From positions 3,034,545 through 3,098,544 of the forward strand of contig OZ241863.1 in NCBI GenBank assembly GCA_965203055.1: DNA of 64,000 nt. Reading direction: 5' to 3'. Shown in pieces: positions 26,943-36,579 of this stretch; positions within the stretch are counted from its first letter, which is position 1, and each line of letters opens with the position of its first letter. A model generated the notes under the pieces. The model saw only the letters and a program-made list of their open reading frames with translations. It ran no database searches and was not told where the DNA came from. The position numbers and the translations under genes were made by a program. Source of the stretch: Spirochaetia bacterium (GTDB taxonomy: Bacteria; Spirochaetota; Spirochaetia; SZUA-6; Bin103).

Positions 26943-28397
26943 CTAGCGGGAAAGCAGCGCCGCGACCGCGCTCTGGTTGCGGCGGACGGCGCTTTCGTGC
27001 GGCGTTTCGCCGCGGGAATCGCGGGCCGCAAGGTCGGCCCCGGCCTTCAGCAATGCCTCGACGACGCGCTCGATGAACAGGTATTTGTCGCGCAGGTGAT
27101 GGAGGGGGGAGCCGCCGTCCAGCATGGTGGCGGTAGCATACTCGGGATGCTCCGCCAAGTAGCGCTCCAACGCCTCGATCCTGCCGTCGTCGATCAGGTC
27201 GAGACCGTCGGCGCAGTGGTCGAGCAGGTAGTCGCGCATGCCGGCGTGGCCGGCGTGGTCGGCCCATCCGGCCGGCGTGGACCCGTGATTGGCCTCGCGC
27301 AACGGGCGCGCGCCGTGCGCCACCAGCACCTCCGCCGCCGCCCGCCGGTCGTGCCACGCCGCCTGGTGCAGCGCGGTCGTACCGTCGTCCCCGGCGGCGT
27401 TCGGGTCCGCGCCGAGCCGCAGCAGACAACGCAGCGCGGCGAGGTTGCCCCGGCCCGCGGCCGCGTGCAGCGCGCCGGGGTCCTTCAGACTGTCGGGCGC
27501 CCGTTCGAGCGCGGCGCGGGCGGCGGCCTCGTCGCCGCTCATGCAGGCGGCCCGAACCCGGTTCTCCGGGCTCAGCTCGACCGGCTCGGCGCCGGCGCGC
27601 TGCAGCATCGCGGCCACCTCCGGGAAGCCGTTCAACAACGCGTTTTCGTAGTGGGCGCGGCCGTCGTAGTAGCTGGTGCCGCGCGGGTCGGCGCCATGCC
27701 GCAGCAGCAGCGCAACCCGATCCCCGAATCCCTGGCCGGCGGCGTGGCCGAGGAGAAAGTCGAGCGTTCCGACCACGTTGTCGGTCCGCCAGTTGATCTT
27801 GGCCGCCGCGGTCAGCCCGCGCTCCAGCAGCAGTCGCAGCCAGCGGTCGTCGGGCCGGAACATCGTGTTGTAGAGCCCCTGGGCTTCGTTGGGATCTGCC
27901 CCGGCGTCGAGCAGCAGCGCGGCCAGCGCCCAGGCATGGGCATGCGGCGGCTGGCTGACGAGGCCGCCTTCCCCTTCGCCCATCGCTCCGGTCAGGGCGG
28001 TGAACCGGTAGGTGCCGTCCCACATGAAGTGCGCGTTGGGGTCGGCCCCGTGCGCCAGCAGCAGCCGCGCGGCCGCGACGGCGTCGGCGCGGGGAAGCTG
28101 CTCGGTCACCCGCGAGTAGCAGAGGTAGAGCAGCGGCGGCCAGTCGCGCGGTCCGCCCGCGGCCGACGCCCGCCCCGGCTCCTCGCTCAGGAGCTCCTGC
28201 AGCCGCTCCAGGTTGGCCGTCGCCGCGGCGCTATGCGCGCCGGCCCGCGCCAGGTCGGGCTGCGACGACAGCATCGCCCCGGCGCGGCTGATCCGCTCCG
28301 GCGAATCGTCGCCATAGGTCAGGCAGGCCAGGTCCAGAAACCGCTCCGCCTCGCTCCTGCGCGCTGCCGCGCCCAACTCGTCACTCTGTTCCGCCAA
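26943..28397 (-). CDS. ankyrin-repeat protein
   Basis: Multiple ANK repeats (LLLAHGADPNA, LLRHGADP, GTTALHQAAWHDRRAAAEVLVAHGA). Confidence 0.75.
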   Translation of the reverse strand: MAEQSDELGAAARRSEAERFLDLACLTYGDDSPERISRAGAMLSSQPDLARAGAHSAAATANLERLQELLSEEPGRASAAGGPRDWPPLLYLCYSRVTEQLPRADAVAAARLLLAHGADPNAHFMWDGTYRFTALTGAMGEGEGGLVSQPPHAHAWALAALLLDAGADPNEAQGLYNTMFRPDDRWLRLLLERGLTAAAKINWRTDNVVGTLDFLLGHAAGQGFGDRVALLLRHGADPRGTSYYDGRAHYENALLNGFPEVAAMLQRAGAEPVELSPENRVRAACMSGDEAAARAALERAPDSLKDPGALHAAAGRGNLAALRCLLRLGADPNAAGDDGTTALHQAAWHDRRAAAEVLVAHGARPLREANHGSTPAGWADHAGHAGMRDYLLDHCADGLDLIDDGRIEALERYLAEHPEYATATMLDGGSPLHHLRDKYLFIERVVEALLKAGADLAARDSRGETPHESAVRRNQSAVAALLSR

Positions 28398-28549
28398 CTC
28401 CGCGCGCCCTCGCCGTACGCTCGCCTCAGCAAACCACTGCTACCCGGATCGGGTCAACCGTCCGCGCCGGCCCGCCAGCCCGCCGCGCCGGAAGGCCACG
28501 CTTTGACAGGGGCGCGCGCGCCGTCGTAGCGTCCCCCAAGGAGGCCACA

Positions 28550-29242
28550 TTGGCTACGAATTCGTCCGCCGGCTACCCGGTAAAGTTTCAAGTCGACTCC
28601 CCGGAGGGACCGAGGAACCGGCTGTCGGTGCTGCTTCGCCCGATCCTCGCGCTACCGATCCTGATCATCATCACCCTGCTGACCGGACAGAGCGACCCCA
28701 GTCAGTATGACTACGAGTCCTACCGGGGCTGGGAAGTCGCCCACCCGTGGCGCGGCGGCATGAACGACATGGGCCCCGGCATGGCGGGCGTCGGCGCGGG
28801 TCTCGGCATCGCTACGGCGCTCATGATTCTGTTCCGCCGGAAGTACCCGCGCTGGTGGTTCGACTGGAATCTGGAGCTGGCCCGCTTCAGCGCCCGGGTA
28901 GGCGCCTACCTGCTCCTGCTGCGCGACGAGTACCCCTCCACTGATGAACGGCAGGCGGTGACGCTGGACATCGCGTATCCCGACGTGCCGAATGAGCTCA
29001 ACCGGGTCCTGCCGCTGTTCAAGTGGCTGCTGGTGATTCCTCATTACGTCGTTCTGGCGGTGCTGGGCGCGCTGCTGGCGCCGGTCACCTTCATCGGCTG
29101 GATCGTGATTCTGGTCACGGGCCGCACCCCGCCGTGGGCCTTTCGGTACGTGGAAGGCGTCATGCGCTGGGGACTCAGGGTGGCCGCCTACGCGTTCCTG
29201 CTGACCACCGACCAGTACCCGCCGTTCCAGTTCCGGCAGTAG
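28550..29242 (+). CDS. DUF4389-like membrane protein
   Basis: 230 aa with two hydrophobic regions and FDWNLELARFSARVGAYLLLLRDEYP, a pattern typical of DUF4389. Confidence 0.5.
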   Translation: MATNSSAGYPVKFQVDSPEGPRNRLSVLLRPILALPILIIITLLTGQSDPSQYDYESYRGWEVAHPWRGGMNDMGPGMAGVGAGLGIATALMILFRRKYPRWWFDWNLELARFSARVGAYLLLLRDEYPSTDERQAVTLDIAYPDVPNELNRVLPLFKWLLVIPHYVVLAVLGALLAPVTFIGWIVILVTGRTPPWAFRYVEGVMRWGLRVAAYAFLLTTDQYPPFQFRQ

Positions 29243-29303
29243 CGGCGCCCCGCACGCCTGCCCCGCCCGCGCCCGCCGGCGGGGCGCGGCGCGTTGCTCC
29301 TCC

Positions 29304-30389
29304 TCAGCCTGCCCCGCCGGCAGCGAAGATGCCGACCAGCTCCGGCCGCAAGGGGTAGCGCAGCGGTTCGCCGGCGAAGTGCCGGCGCGCATCCTCGCAC
29401 TGGCCCAGAAAGACGCCCCGGTGCGCGCCGTAGGTGGTGCCGGCGCGGTGCGGCGTGTGGATCACGTTGGGCAACGTTCGCCAGGGGCTGTCCGGCGGCG
29501 GCGGCTCCGGGCGGTACACGTCGAGGGCGGCGCGCAGCTCGCCGGCCGTCAGCCGTTCGAGCAGCGGCTCCTGCGCCACCACCGCCATGCGCGATACCAG
29601 CACGAAGACCGCCTCGCGCGGCAGGGCGAAGATCACCTCGCGGCTGATGATCTCGATCGTCTCCGGGGTCGGCGGTATGGCGATGAAGAACACCTCGCTG
29701 CGCGCCGCCATGGCCGCCAGATCGGTCACCTTGCGGCCGCCCGCGGCGGCCATCCGTTCCGCCGGAACGTAGGGATCGAACGCTTCCCAGTCGGTGTCGA
29801 ACGGCGCCAGCATGCGCGCCAGGTGGCGATGGATCTCGCCGAACCCGGCCAGCCCCACGCGCCGGCCTTGCAGCCGGTCGGGGGTTTCGGGCCGCTCGGG
29901 CAGGTTCTTCGAGTTGACCCAGCCGTTGGCGCCCACCGTCTGATGCTCCTGGGGGATGTTGCGCAGCGCGGCCAAGCCTAGCGCCAGTTCATACTCCGCC
30001 ACCCACGGCGACATCACCGGCGCCGTTTCGGTGACGGCGATGCCCTGCGCCAACGCCGCGTTCACGTCGCAGAACTGCGCCTGCTGATAGTGACAGGTGG
30101 ACCCGAGGTAGCGCAGCCGGGTCGCCCGGGCGAGGCGTTCGGCGGACAGGTAGCCGATGCCCTGGCCGCCCCAGCCGCACAGCACCATGCCGTCCGCTTC
30201 GGCGAGCGCGGCATCCACCGCCGCGGCGCGTTCGGCCTCGGTCTGGTCGGGCGTCAGGTGAACGTCGACGCGCTCGGCGAAGGAATCGAGCACCTCCCCG
30301 GCGGCGCTGCTCCAGTGCCAGTGCCGGTCCAATTCCCGGCCTGAGGACCAGGGACCGAATACCACGACGATCCTGGGACGAGCCATCAT
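29304..30389 (-). CDS. D-isomer-specific 2-hydroxyacid dehydrogenase family, NAD-binding
   Basis: GxGxxG-like LAGFGEIHRHLARMLAPF and the catalytic-region motif TPHRAGTT. Confidence 0.65.
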   Translation of the reverse strand: MMARPRIVVVFGPWSSGRELDRHWHWSSAAGEVLDSFAERVDVHLTPDQTEAERAAAVDAALAEADGMVLCGWGGQGIGYLSAERLARATRLRYLGSTCHYQQAQFCDVNAALAQGIAVTETAPVMSPWVAEYELALGLAALRNIPQEHQTVGANGWVNSKNLPERPETPDRLQGRRVGLAGFGEIHRHLARMLAPFDTDWEAFDPYVPAERMAAAGGRKVTDLAAMAARSEVFFIAIPPTPETIEIISREVIFALPREAVFVLVSRMAVVAQEPLLERLTAGELRAALDVYRPEPPPPDSPWRTLPNVIHTPHRAGTTYGAHRGVFLGQCEDARRHFAGEPLRYPLRPELVGIFAAGGAG

Positions 30390-30503
30390 CTCCCTCCTCG
30401 ACGCAACCGCCCGCGCGGGCAGCGCCGGGCCGCAGTGTAGCGCGGTCTCCGGCAGCCGCCAAAGCCCCGCCCCGCGGCGGGGGGAGCGCGGCGCGGGCGG
30501 TCG

Positions 30504-30536
30504 GGGTTCACGCCGGGTTCACACCCGGTTCACGCC
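30504..30536. promoter_or_regulatory. three tandem 11 bp direct repeats GGGTTCACGCC / GGGTTCACACC / CGGTTCACGCC in the region upstream of the dehydrogenase gene
   Basis: Read directly in the 140 bp gap between the PhyH stop (30530) and the dehydrogenase start (30389). Confidence 0.35.
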
Positions 30537-31405
30537 CCCGGCGCCGCCACCGGGATGCCATCCCGGCACACGACCGGGAAGTGCGGGCCGGCCTTGGCCA
30601 TCGGTTCGCCCACCGCCAGGTCGATGAACCCCCGCATCGGGTGATCGCGGCCGGTGAACCGGGCCGCGCCGGTCATGTAGTGAATGGCCAGCGCCCGCCG
30701 CGCCCGCGCCGAGTCGTTCTCCGGCGATCCGTGCCAGGTCAGCGAATGGTGGAAGTGCACCTCCCCGCGCTTGACGGGCCGCGGGACCGCCGCCACTTCG
30801 CGGATCTCGGCGTCCTGCGGCGGGCTGAACCCGGCGCCGATGTTGGCGAAGTCGGCGACGGTGCGCAGGTGGTCGAGGGAGTTGAGGTACTCCTGCTGGC
30901 GGTTCCCCCAGCGGTGCGAGCCGGGCACCATCCACATGCAGCCGTTTTCGACATCGGCGTCGTCGAACGGCAGCCACGCCGACACCGGCGTCATGGGATC
31001 GATGCTCGGCCACAGCGGCGCGTCCTGGTGCCAGCGGGTGGCGCCGCCGGCCCGGGCCGGCTTGTACTGCACCTGGTCGTGCCACACCTGCAGGTCGGCG
31101 AAGCCGGTCAACTGGCTGATGCCCCGGACGATGGCGGGATGGTACATGAGCCGTTCGAAGGCCGGCGACGCCTCCCAGATGTTGAGAATCTGCCACACCG
31201 GCCGTTCCGGCTCGAAGGCGCGGTACAGCACCGGGCGCGGAGCGCCGGCGGCGAAGCCGTCCGGCCCGACGGCGATGATGCGGTTCACCTCGGCCGACAG
31301 CTCATCCAGCTCGGCGTCGTCCAGGAGCCGGCCGGCGTTGAGGAACCCGTCGCGCCGAAAGGAGCTGACCTGTTCGGGGCTGAGCCCGGCGAAGGTTGTC
31401 GGCAT
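30530..31405 (-). CDS. phytanoyl-CoA dioxygenase (PhyH) family Fe(II)/2-OG oxygenase
   Basis: WHQD...H motif region (TRWHQDAPLWP ... HFHHSLTWHGSPEN). Confidence 0.7.
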   Translation of the reverse strand: MPTTFAGLSPEQVSSFRRDGFLNAGRLLDDAELDELSAEVNRIIAVGPDGFAAGAPRPVLYRAFEPERPVWQILNIWEASPAFERLMYHPAIVRGISQLTGFADLQVWHDQVQYKPARAGGATRWHQDAPLWPSIDPMTPVSAWLPFDDADVENGCMWMVPGSHRWGNRQQEYLNSLDHLRTVADFANIGAGFSPPQDAEIREVAAVPRPVKRGEVHFHHSLTWHGSPENDSARARRALAIHYMTGAARFTGRDHPMRGFIDLAVGEPMAKAGPHFPVVCRDGIPVAAPGA

Positions 31406-31497
31406 CTGTCACCTCCTCGATTGCCGGAGTCTGCGGCCTAGGCAACCACCGGCGCAAGTGCCCGCCGGCGCACTTCCGATTTGTTGGTAGACCCTCG

Positions 31498-32026
31498 GTT
31501 TCAGCGACGGCGCGGGAGCTGGTGGAGCAGGCGTCCGGCAAGAGCAGCCGGCAGGTGATGCAGTTGCTGGCCGAGGTGGACCCGGAGCTGGCGGCGTCGG
31601 CGGATCGGGCGCGGCCCCTGGGCGGCGGGCGCTGGGAACTCAAGGCGGTGATCGACGATGAGTGCCGGCGTGGCTTGGAGCGGCTCAAGGAGCTCCTGTC
31701 CCACGTTGATCCGCACCTGCCGTTGGGGCAGCTCATGGGGCGGCTGGTGCGGGAAGGGCTCGACCGCCACGACCCGGCCCGGCCGCCGCGCGGGCGGCGC
31801 GCCGCGCCGGCCAAAGGAGCCGAGCAAACTTCGGCGGCGAAGACGCGGCGCCTCGGCCGGCAGGCTGCGACGACGGGCACGGCGCGGGCTGCGCCGCCGG
31901 CGCGGACCGAAACTTCGCCAGCGAAGACCGGCGGCGCGACCGGGGCCGCTGCCGCTACGTGGACCGCACCAGCGGGCGCCGCTGCGGCTCCCAACACCTG
32001 CTGCAGATCGATCACGTCGTGCCGTC
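31498..32026 (+). pseudogene. truncated copy of the DUF222/HNH endonuclease element (lacks N-terminus; HNH cut after IDHVVP)
   Basis: Aligns to residues about 165 onward of the 35176 copy (RELVEQASGKSSRQVMQLLAEVDPELAA...). The HNH motif RCRYVDRTSGRRCGSQHLLQIDHVVP sits in a shifted frame and is fused to repeat module R2 at 32027. Confidence 0.6.
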
Positions 32027-32095
32027 ATCTTACACTGGGACTTGGGCTTGGCCGCCAAGCGGCCTGACGCTTACCTACATTTTGGAAATGCGCCC
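32027..32095 (+). repeat. repeat module R2 (copy 1): tcatcttacactgggacttgggcttggccgccaagcggcctgacgcttacct...ttggaaatgcgccc
   Basis: Near-identical to 36580-36648. Contains the palindrome GCTTGGC-C-GCCAAGC. Fused to the truncated HNH copy. Confidence 0.75.
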
Positions 32096-32255
32096 CATGA
32101 CAGACGTCCGCTTGCCGTCAAGGCATCAAGCGAGCACGCTGATTCGGTTTGACGCCCAGACGGGCGGTGAGTCGATGCCGCGCTTGGGCCTTGAACCTTG
32201 AACAGACCACTTGCCCATACGTACCAAACGTGAGATATTGATACGTAGCAGCGTC

Positions 32256-32519
32256 ATGAGCACGAAACTCACCCTGAGCGTCAACGCTACGATCGTCCAA
32301 CGGGCGAAGGAGTTGGCGAGACGGCGACGAACGAGCCTCTCCGGACTGGTTGAGGAGTATCTCCGATTTGCCAGCGCCGGCCTTGATGAGCGGCCCGCCG
32401 TCAGCAGCCGAGTTCAGGCGGTTGCCGAATCACTGCCGATGCCGCCGGACGCTACCTACGATCGCTTGCAGGAGCAGTACCTGCGGGAAAAGCTACTCGG
32501 TGCGGAAGATTCTGCTTGA
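32256..32519 (+). CDS. vapB: VapB-like antitoxin (RHH-type)
   Basis: MSTKLTLSVNATIVQRAKELARRRRTSLSGLVEEYL. It overlaps the downstream PIN gene by 20 nt. Confidence 0.65.
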   Translation: MSTKLTLSVNATIVQRAKELARRRRTSLSGLVEEYLRFASAGLDERPAVSSRVQAVAESLPMPPDATYDRLQEQYLREKLLGAEDSA

Positions 32520-32964
32520 TTCCGACGTCATTCTGGACCTGTTCGTCTCGCGCGAACCGCATCACACGGTCGCCTTGCATTTCTTCTCGTGCATCGATCT
32601 CGAGCGAGACACCATCAGCGCAACGGCGTCGCCGGTGGCTATGGCCAACGTCGCCTACGTGTTGGCCAAGTTGAAGAATCAGGCATTTGCGGTGGGTAAA
32701 CTGCGCGAACTCAGAACCATGATCGGGGTGTCTCCCATCAACCAAACGGTCGTGGACCGTGCCCTGGCACGTCCGCATCGTGATTTCGAAGATGCCCTGC
32801 AACGAGAATGCGCGCTGGAGAATGGGATCGAGATTCTCGTGACTCGCAACACCCGCCACTATTCCAAGACCGACGTCGCTATCCTCTCACCGGCTGACTT
32901 CTTGCAGCTTCACGGCGCCGCGCTGGCGCTCATAGGCGGCGGCGGACCGGACAGACCGACCTAA
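32500..32964 (+). CDS. vapC: VapC PIN-domain toxin
   Basis: GTG start. The N-terminus KILLDSDVILDLF is a PIN signature. Confidence 0.7.
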   Translation: MRKILLDSDVILDLFVSREPHHTVALHFFSCIDLERDTISATASPVAMANVAYVLAKLKNQAFAVGKLRELRTMIGVSPINQTVVDRALARPHRDFEDALQRECALENGIEILVTRNTRHYSKTDVAILSPADFLQLHGAALALIGGGGPDRPT

Positions 32965-34930
32965 TCCGCCAGCCGAACCAGAAGCTGCTTGCCCTCCAGC
33001 GTTTGGCGCGCCCAATACAGGTTCTGGTATTGATCGTAGCCGCCCTCGCTCTCTGCCAACCTTGCCGCGCCGGTCGCGGTGGTACCGCCGGACGGCGCTG
33101 CCCCGAAGGTCACGGTTGGAGCAGTCGTGTAACCGCTCCCACGGTCCGTGATCGTCACCGACGCTACGCGCAGCGCCGCAGTGCCGGCGGCCGTGGCGCC
33201 GGCACCCGGCGCCGCGCCAAAGGTCACGGTTGGGGCAGTGGTGTAGCCGCTCCCACGGTTCATGACATTCACCGACGTGACGCGCAGCGCCGCAGTGCCG
33301 GCGGCCGTGGTGCCGCCGCCCGGCGCCGCGCCAAAGGTCACGGTTGGGGCAGTCGCGTAGCCGCTCCCGCGGTTCGTGATCGTCACCGACGCTACGCGCA
33401 GCGCCGCAGTGCCGGCGGCCGTGGTGCCGCCGCCCGGCGCCGCGCCAAAGGTCACGGTTGGGGCAGTCGCGTAGCCGCTCCCACGGTTCGTGAGCGTCAC
33501 CGACGTGACGCCGGTTTGCAGCACTGCGGTGCCGGTGGCCGTGGTGCCGCCGGACGGCGCCGCTCCGAAGGTCACGGTTGGGGCAGAGGTGTAGCCGGCC
33601 CCCGCGTTCGTGAGCGTCACTCCCTCTACTCTGGTCGTCCGTAACGTCGCGGTGGCGCTCGCGCCGGTGCCCCCTCCTCCCGAAAACGATACGGTTGGGG
33701 CAGAGGTGTAGCCGCTCCCCCGGTTCAATAGGATTATGTTCACCACACTACCGGAACTTATCGTCGCCCATCCGATTGCCCGGGTGCCACCGGCGGCCTG
33801 CGGAGCGCTGAACGTTACGGTTGGACCAGACGTGTAGCCGTTCCCCCCGCTCGTGAGCGTCACCGTCCCTACTTCTGATCGCAGCGTTGCGGTGCCGGTC
33901 GCCGTGGTGCCGCCGGACGGCGCTGCTCCGAACGTCACGGTGGGAGCGGACGTGTAGCCGTTCCCCCGGTTCCCGATCGTCACTGACGCGACGCCGCCGG
34001 GCCCCACCGCGGTGCCGGTGGCCGCGGTGCCGCCGGACGGCGGTGCGCTGAACGTCACGCTGGGAACCGACGCGTAGCCGCTTCCCGCAGTCCCGACCGT
34101 CACCGCGTCGACGGCGCCCGCCGCGGCGCCGGTCGCCGTGGTGCCGCCGGACGGCGGCGCGCTGAACGTCACGGTAGGGACGGAAGTGTAGCCGCTTCCT
34201 GCGGTCCCGACCGTCACGGCATCGACGGCGCCCGCCGCGGCGCCGGTCGCCGTGGTGCCGCCGGACGGCGGCGCACTGAACGTCACGGTGGGAGCGGATG
34301 CATATCCGCTTCCTGCGGTCCCGACCGTCACGGCATCGACCGAGGCCACCGCGGTGCCGGTTGCCGTGGTGCCGCCGGACGGCGCCGCCTCGAACGTCAC
34401 GCCGGGAACGGACGCATAGCCGCTCCCCGGGTTCGCTATCGTGACCGCCTGAACCGTGCCGACGGCGCCCGGCTCGATCGTGTCGGAGCCCGACTGATCC
34501 GGGGCGGTGAGCGCCAGTACCACTGCGCCCGCCCGGACTTCCGGGGTGACCGTCCACTCCGCGCCGGTGAGGTCGGACGCGAAGACCGGCTTGGCGCTCG
34601 TGGTCGTGAACGGCAGCGGGTGCCCGCCGATCGACACCTGCACCTTCTCGCCCTCGCCGCCGGTGATCCGCTCCCAGGCATACGGCGCGGAACGGTTGGT
34701 CGTTGCGCTCAGCAGGTCCGCGCCGTCACCAAAGTCAGCCGCGCTGATCGTCCAGCTCTTCTCGGCCGGCTGGGCCGGCTGCGGGGTTGGCGGCGGCTCG
34801 CTCGGCGGTTTACCCCCCCCCCTTGGGCCGGGTCGGCGGTCGCGGCGGGCGGGCCCGCCGCCTGCGCGCAGGCCATCAGCATGGCGATACCGGCGGCCAG
34901 CAACAGCGATACCAGCGACGCTCTGCCCAA
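32961..34930 (-). CDS. tandem-repeat surface lipoprotein with a G10 homopolymer frameshift between signal peptide and mature domain (candidate phase-variable; currently out of frame)
   Basis: Lipoprotein-like signal (TTG start with GGAGGA 5 nt upstream; ...LVSLLLAAGIAMLMAC) in the frame of ORF 34709..35065. Mature part (KPPSEPPPTPQP... then about 16 repeats of 29 aa, GSGY(A/T)SAPTVTF(G/S)A(A/P)PSGGTTATG) in the frame of ORF 32961..35123. The two frames meet at C10 on the + strand, 34813-34822. 11 or 8 G would restore the frame. Confidence 0.6.
33070..34450 (-). repeat. array of 87 bp (29 codon) tandem repeats inside the lipoprotein gene
   Basis: Units around 33100-33520 are near-identical at the nucleotide level (...ccaaaggtcacggttggggcagtcgcgtagccgctccc...). 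Units toward the 5' end are more degenerate. Confidence 0.75.
34813..34822 (-). repeat. homopolymeric G10 (C10 on + strand) tract at the signal-peptide/mature-domain junction
   Basis: Read directly: tacccccccccc ttggg. The two reading frames of the lipoprotein meet here. Confidence 0.9.
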
Positions 34931-35175
34931 GATTATCCTCCTGCCGGGCGGTTGGTCCCAGGCGGCGGCACGGTAGCACGCGCTCCCCAAGCTGTCCATC
35001 CCCACATCGCTCGCTCGCTGCGGGGCGCACTTCCAATTTGCTGGTACCGATCCCGGCAGCAGCATCTGACGGAACGTCCAGCCGCTTGGAAATGCGCCGC
35101 CGAGTCACGCCCGCAGGTGGCATCTTCCGGGCCGAATAACTTGACTCAAGTAGTTTCCATGATTATACTTATATC

Positions 35176-36560
35176 ATGTACAATCAGGCTTCCGACGAGG
35201 CCGTCACCACTACCGTATCAGCCCTCTCAGACGACCGCCTGCTGGAGCGGACCAAGGAACTTTCCGGCATCGAACACCATCTCGAAGTGGTCGTGATCGA
35301 CCACCTGCGCGAGATTCAGAAGCGCCGCCTGTATCTGCGCCGCGGGTTCTCGAGCCTGTTCGATTACGCGGTGCGCGAGTTGGGTTACAGCGACGCTGCG
35401 GCGTGGCGGCGCATCAAGGCGATGCGGCTCTGCGCGGAGGTCGAGGGCGTGCGTGAGCGCCTGCAGAATGGCTCGATGACGCTGAACGCGGCGGCGCAGT
35501 TGCAGAACGCCTTCGACCGGCAGGAGCGCAAGAAGGAACGGGCGGCGCGTAGCGCGCCGGGCGGTGTCGGGTGCGGGGCTGCCGCTCAGTCGCAGAACGG
35601 CTCGGCGCCGCCGCGGTCGGCGGAGCGGAAGCCGGCGCCGGTGCTGGATCCGGAGGCGCGGCGGGAGCTGGTGGAGCAGGCGTCCGGCAAGAGCAGCCGG
35701 GAGGTGATGCAGTTGCTGGCCGAGGTGGACCCGGAGCTGGCGGCGCCGGCGGATCGGGTGCGGGCGCTGGGCGGCGGGCACTGGGAGCTCAAGGCGGTGA
35801 TCGACGATGAGTGCCGGCGCGGCTTGGAGCGGCTGAAGGGCCTCCTGTCCCACGTCGATCCGCACCTGACGATGGGGCAGCTCACGGCGCGGCTGGTGCG
35901 GGAAGGGCTCGACCGTCACGACCCGGCCCGGCCGCCGCGCGGGCGGCGCGCCGCGCCGGCCAAAGGCGCCGAGCAAACTTCGGCGCCGAAGACGCAGGCG
36001 GCCTCGGCTCGCGGCGCTGCCTCGGCAACGAAGCAGGAGGCCGGCGCGGACAGCGCCGCTCCTTCGGCGGCGAGGTATCGGCTCAGGCGGCGGCGCAGCC
36101 GGGAGACGAAGCCGCTGACCGCTCGGACACTTCGGCAGCGAAGCCGGCGGGCGACGCAACTTCGGCGCCGAAGACGCGGCGCCTCGGCCGGCCGGCTGCG
36201 GTGGCGTGCGTGGCGCGGGCTGCGCCGCCGGCGCGGACCGAAACTTCGGAAGCTAAGGCCGGCGGCGCGACCGGCCGCGCCATCCCGGCGGCGGTCAAGC
36301 GCGAGGTCTGGCGGCGCGATCGGGGCCGCTGCCGCTACGTGGACCGCACCAGCGGGCGCCGCTGCGGCTCCCAACACCTGCTGCAGATCGATCACGTGGT
36401 GCCGTATGCCTGCGGCGGCGGCGCCGAGCCGAACAATCTCCGCCTGCTGTGCGCCGCCCATCACCGCTACCGCCACGCCGGCGCCGGGTTCGGCCGCCCC
36501 GGCGAGGATCGGCAGGCGACGGTTCCGTTCAGCCCTACTGCCGAAAGCGTAGACCGGTGA
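35176..36560 (+). pseudogene. DUF222 N-terminal domain / HNH endonuclease (REP13E12-like family); frameshifted between N-domain and HNH
   Basis: N-terminal DUF222-like region (SALSDDRLLERTKELSGIEHHLEVVVIDHLREIQKRRLY) in frame 1 (35176..36552). HNH motif (CRYVDRTSGRRCGSQHLLQIDHVVPYACGGGAEPNNLRLLCAAHHRY) in a second frame (35811..36560). Candidate promoter TTGACT-N17-TATACT about 35 bp upstream. Confidence 0.65.
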
Positions 36561-36579
36561 TCAAGATCGCCGAGAAACG

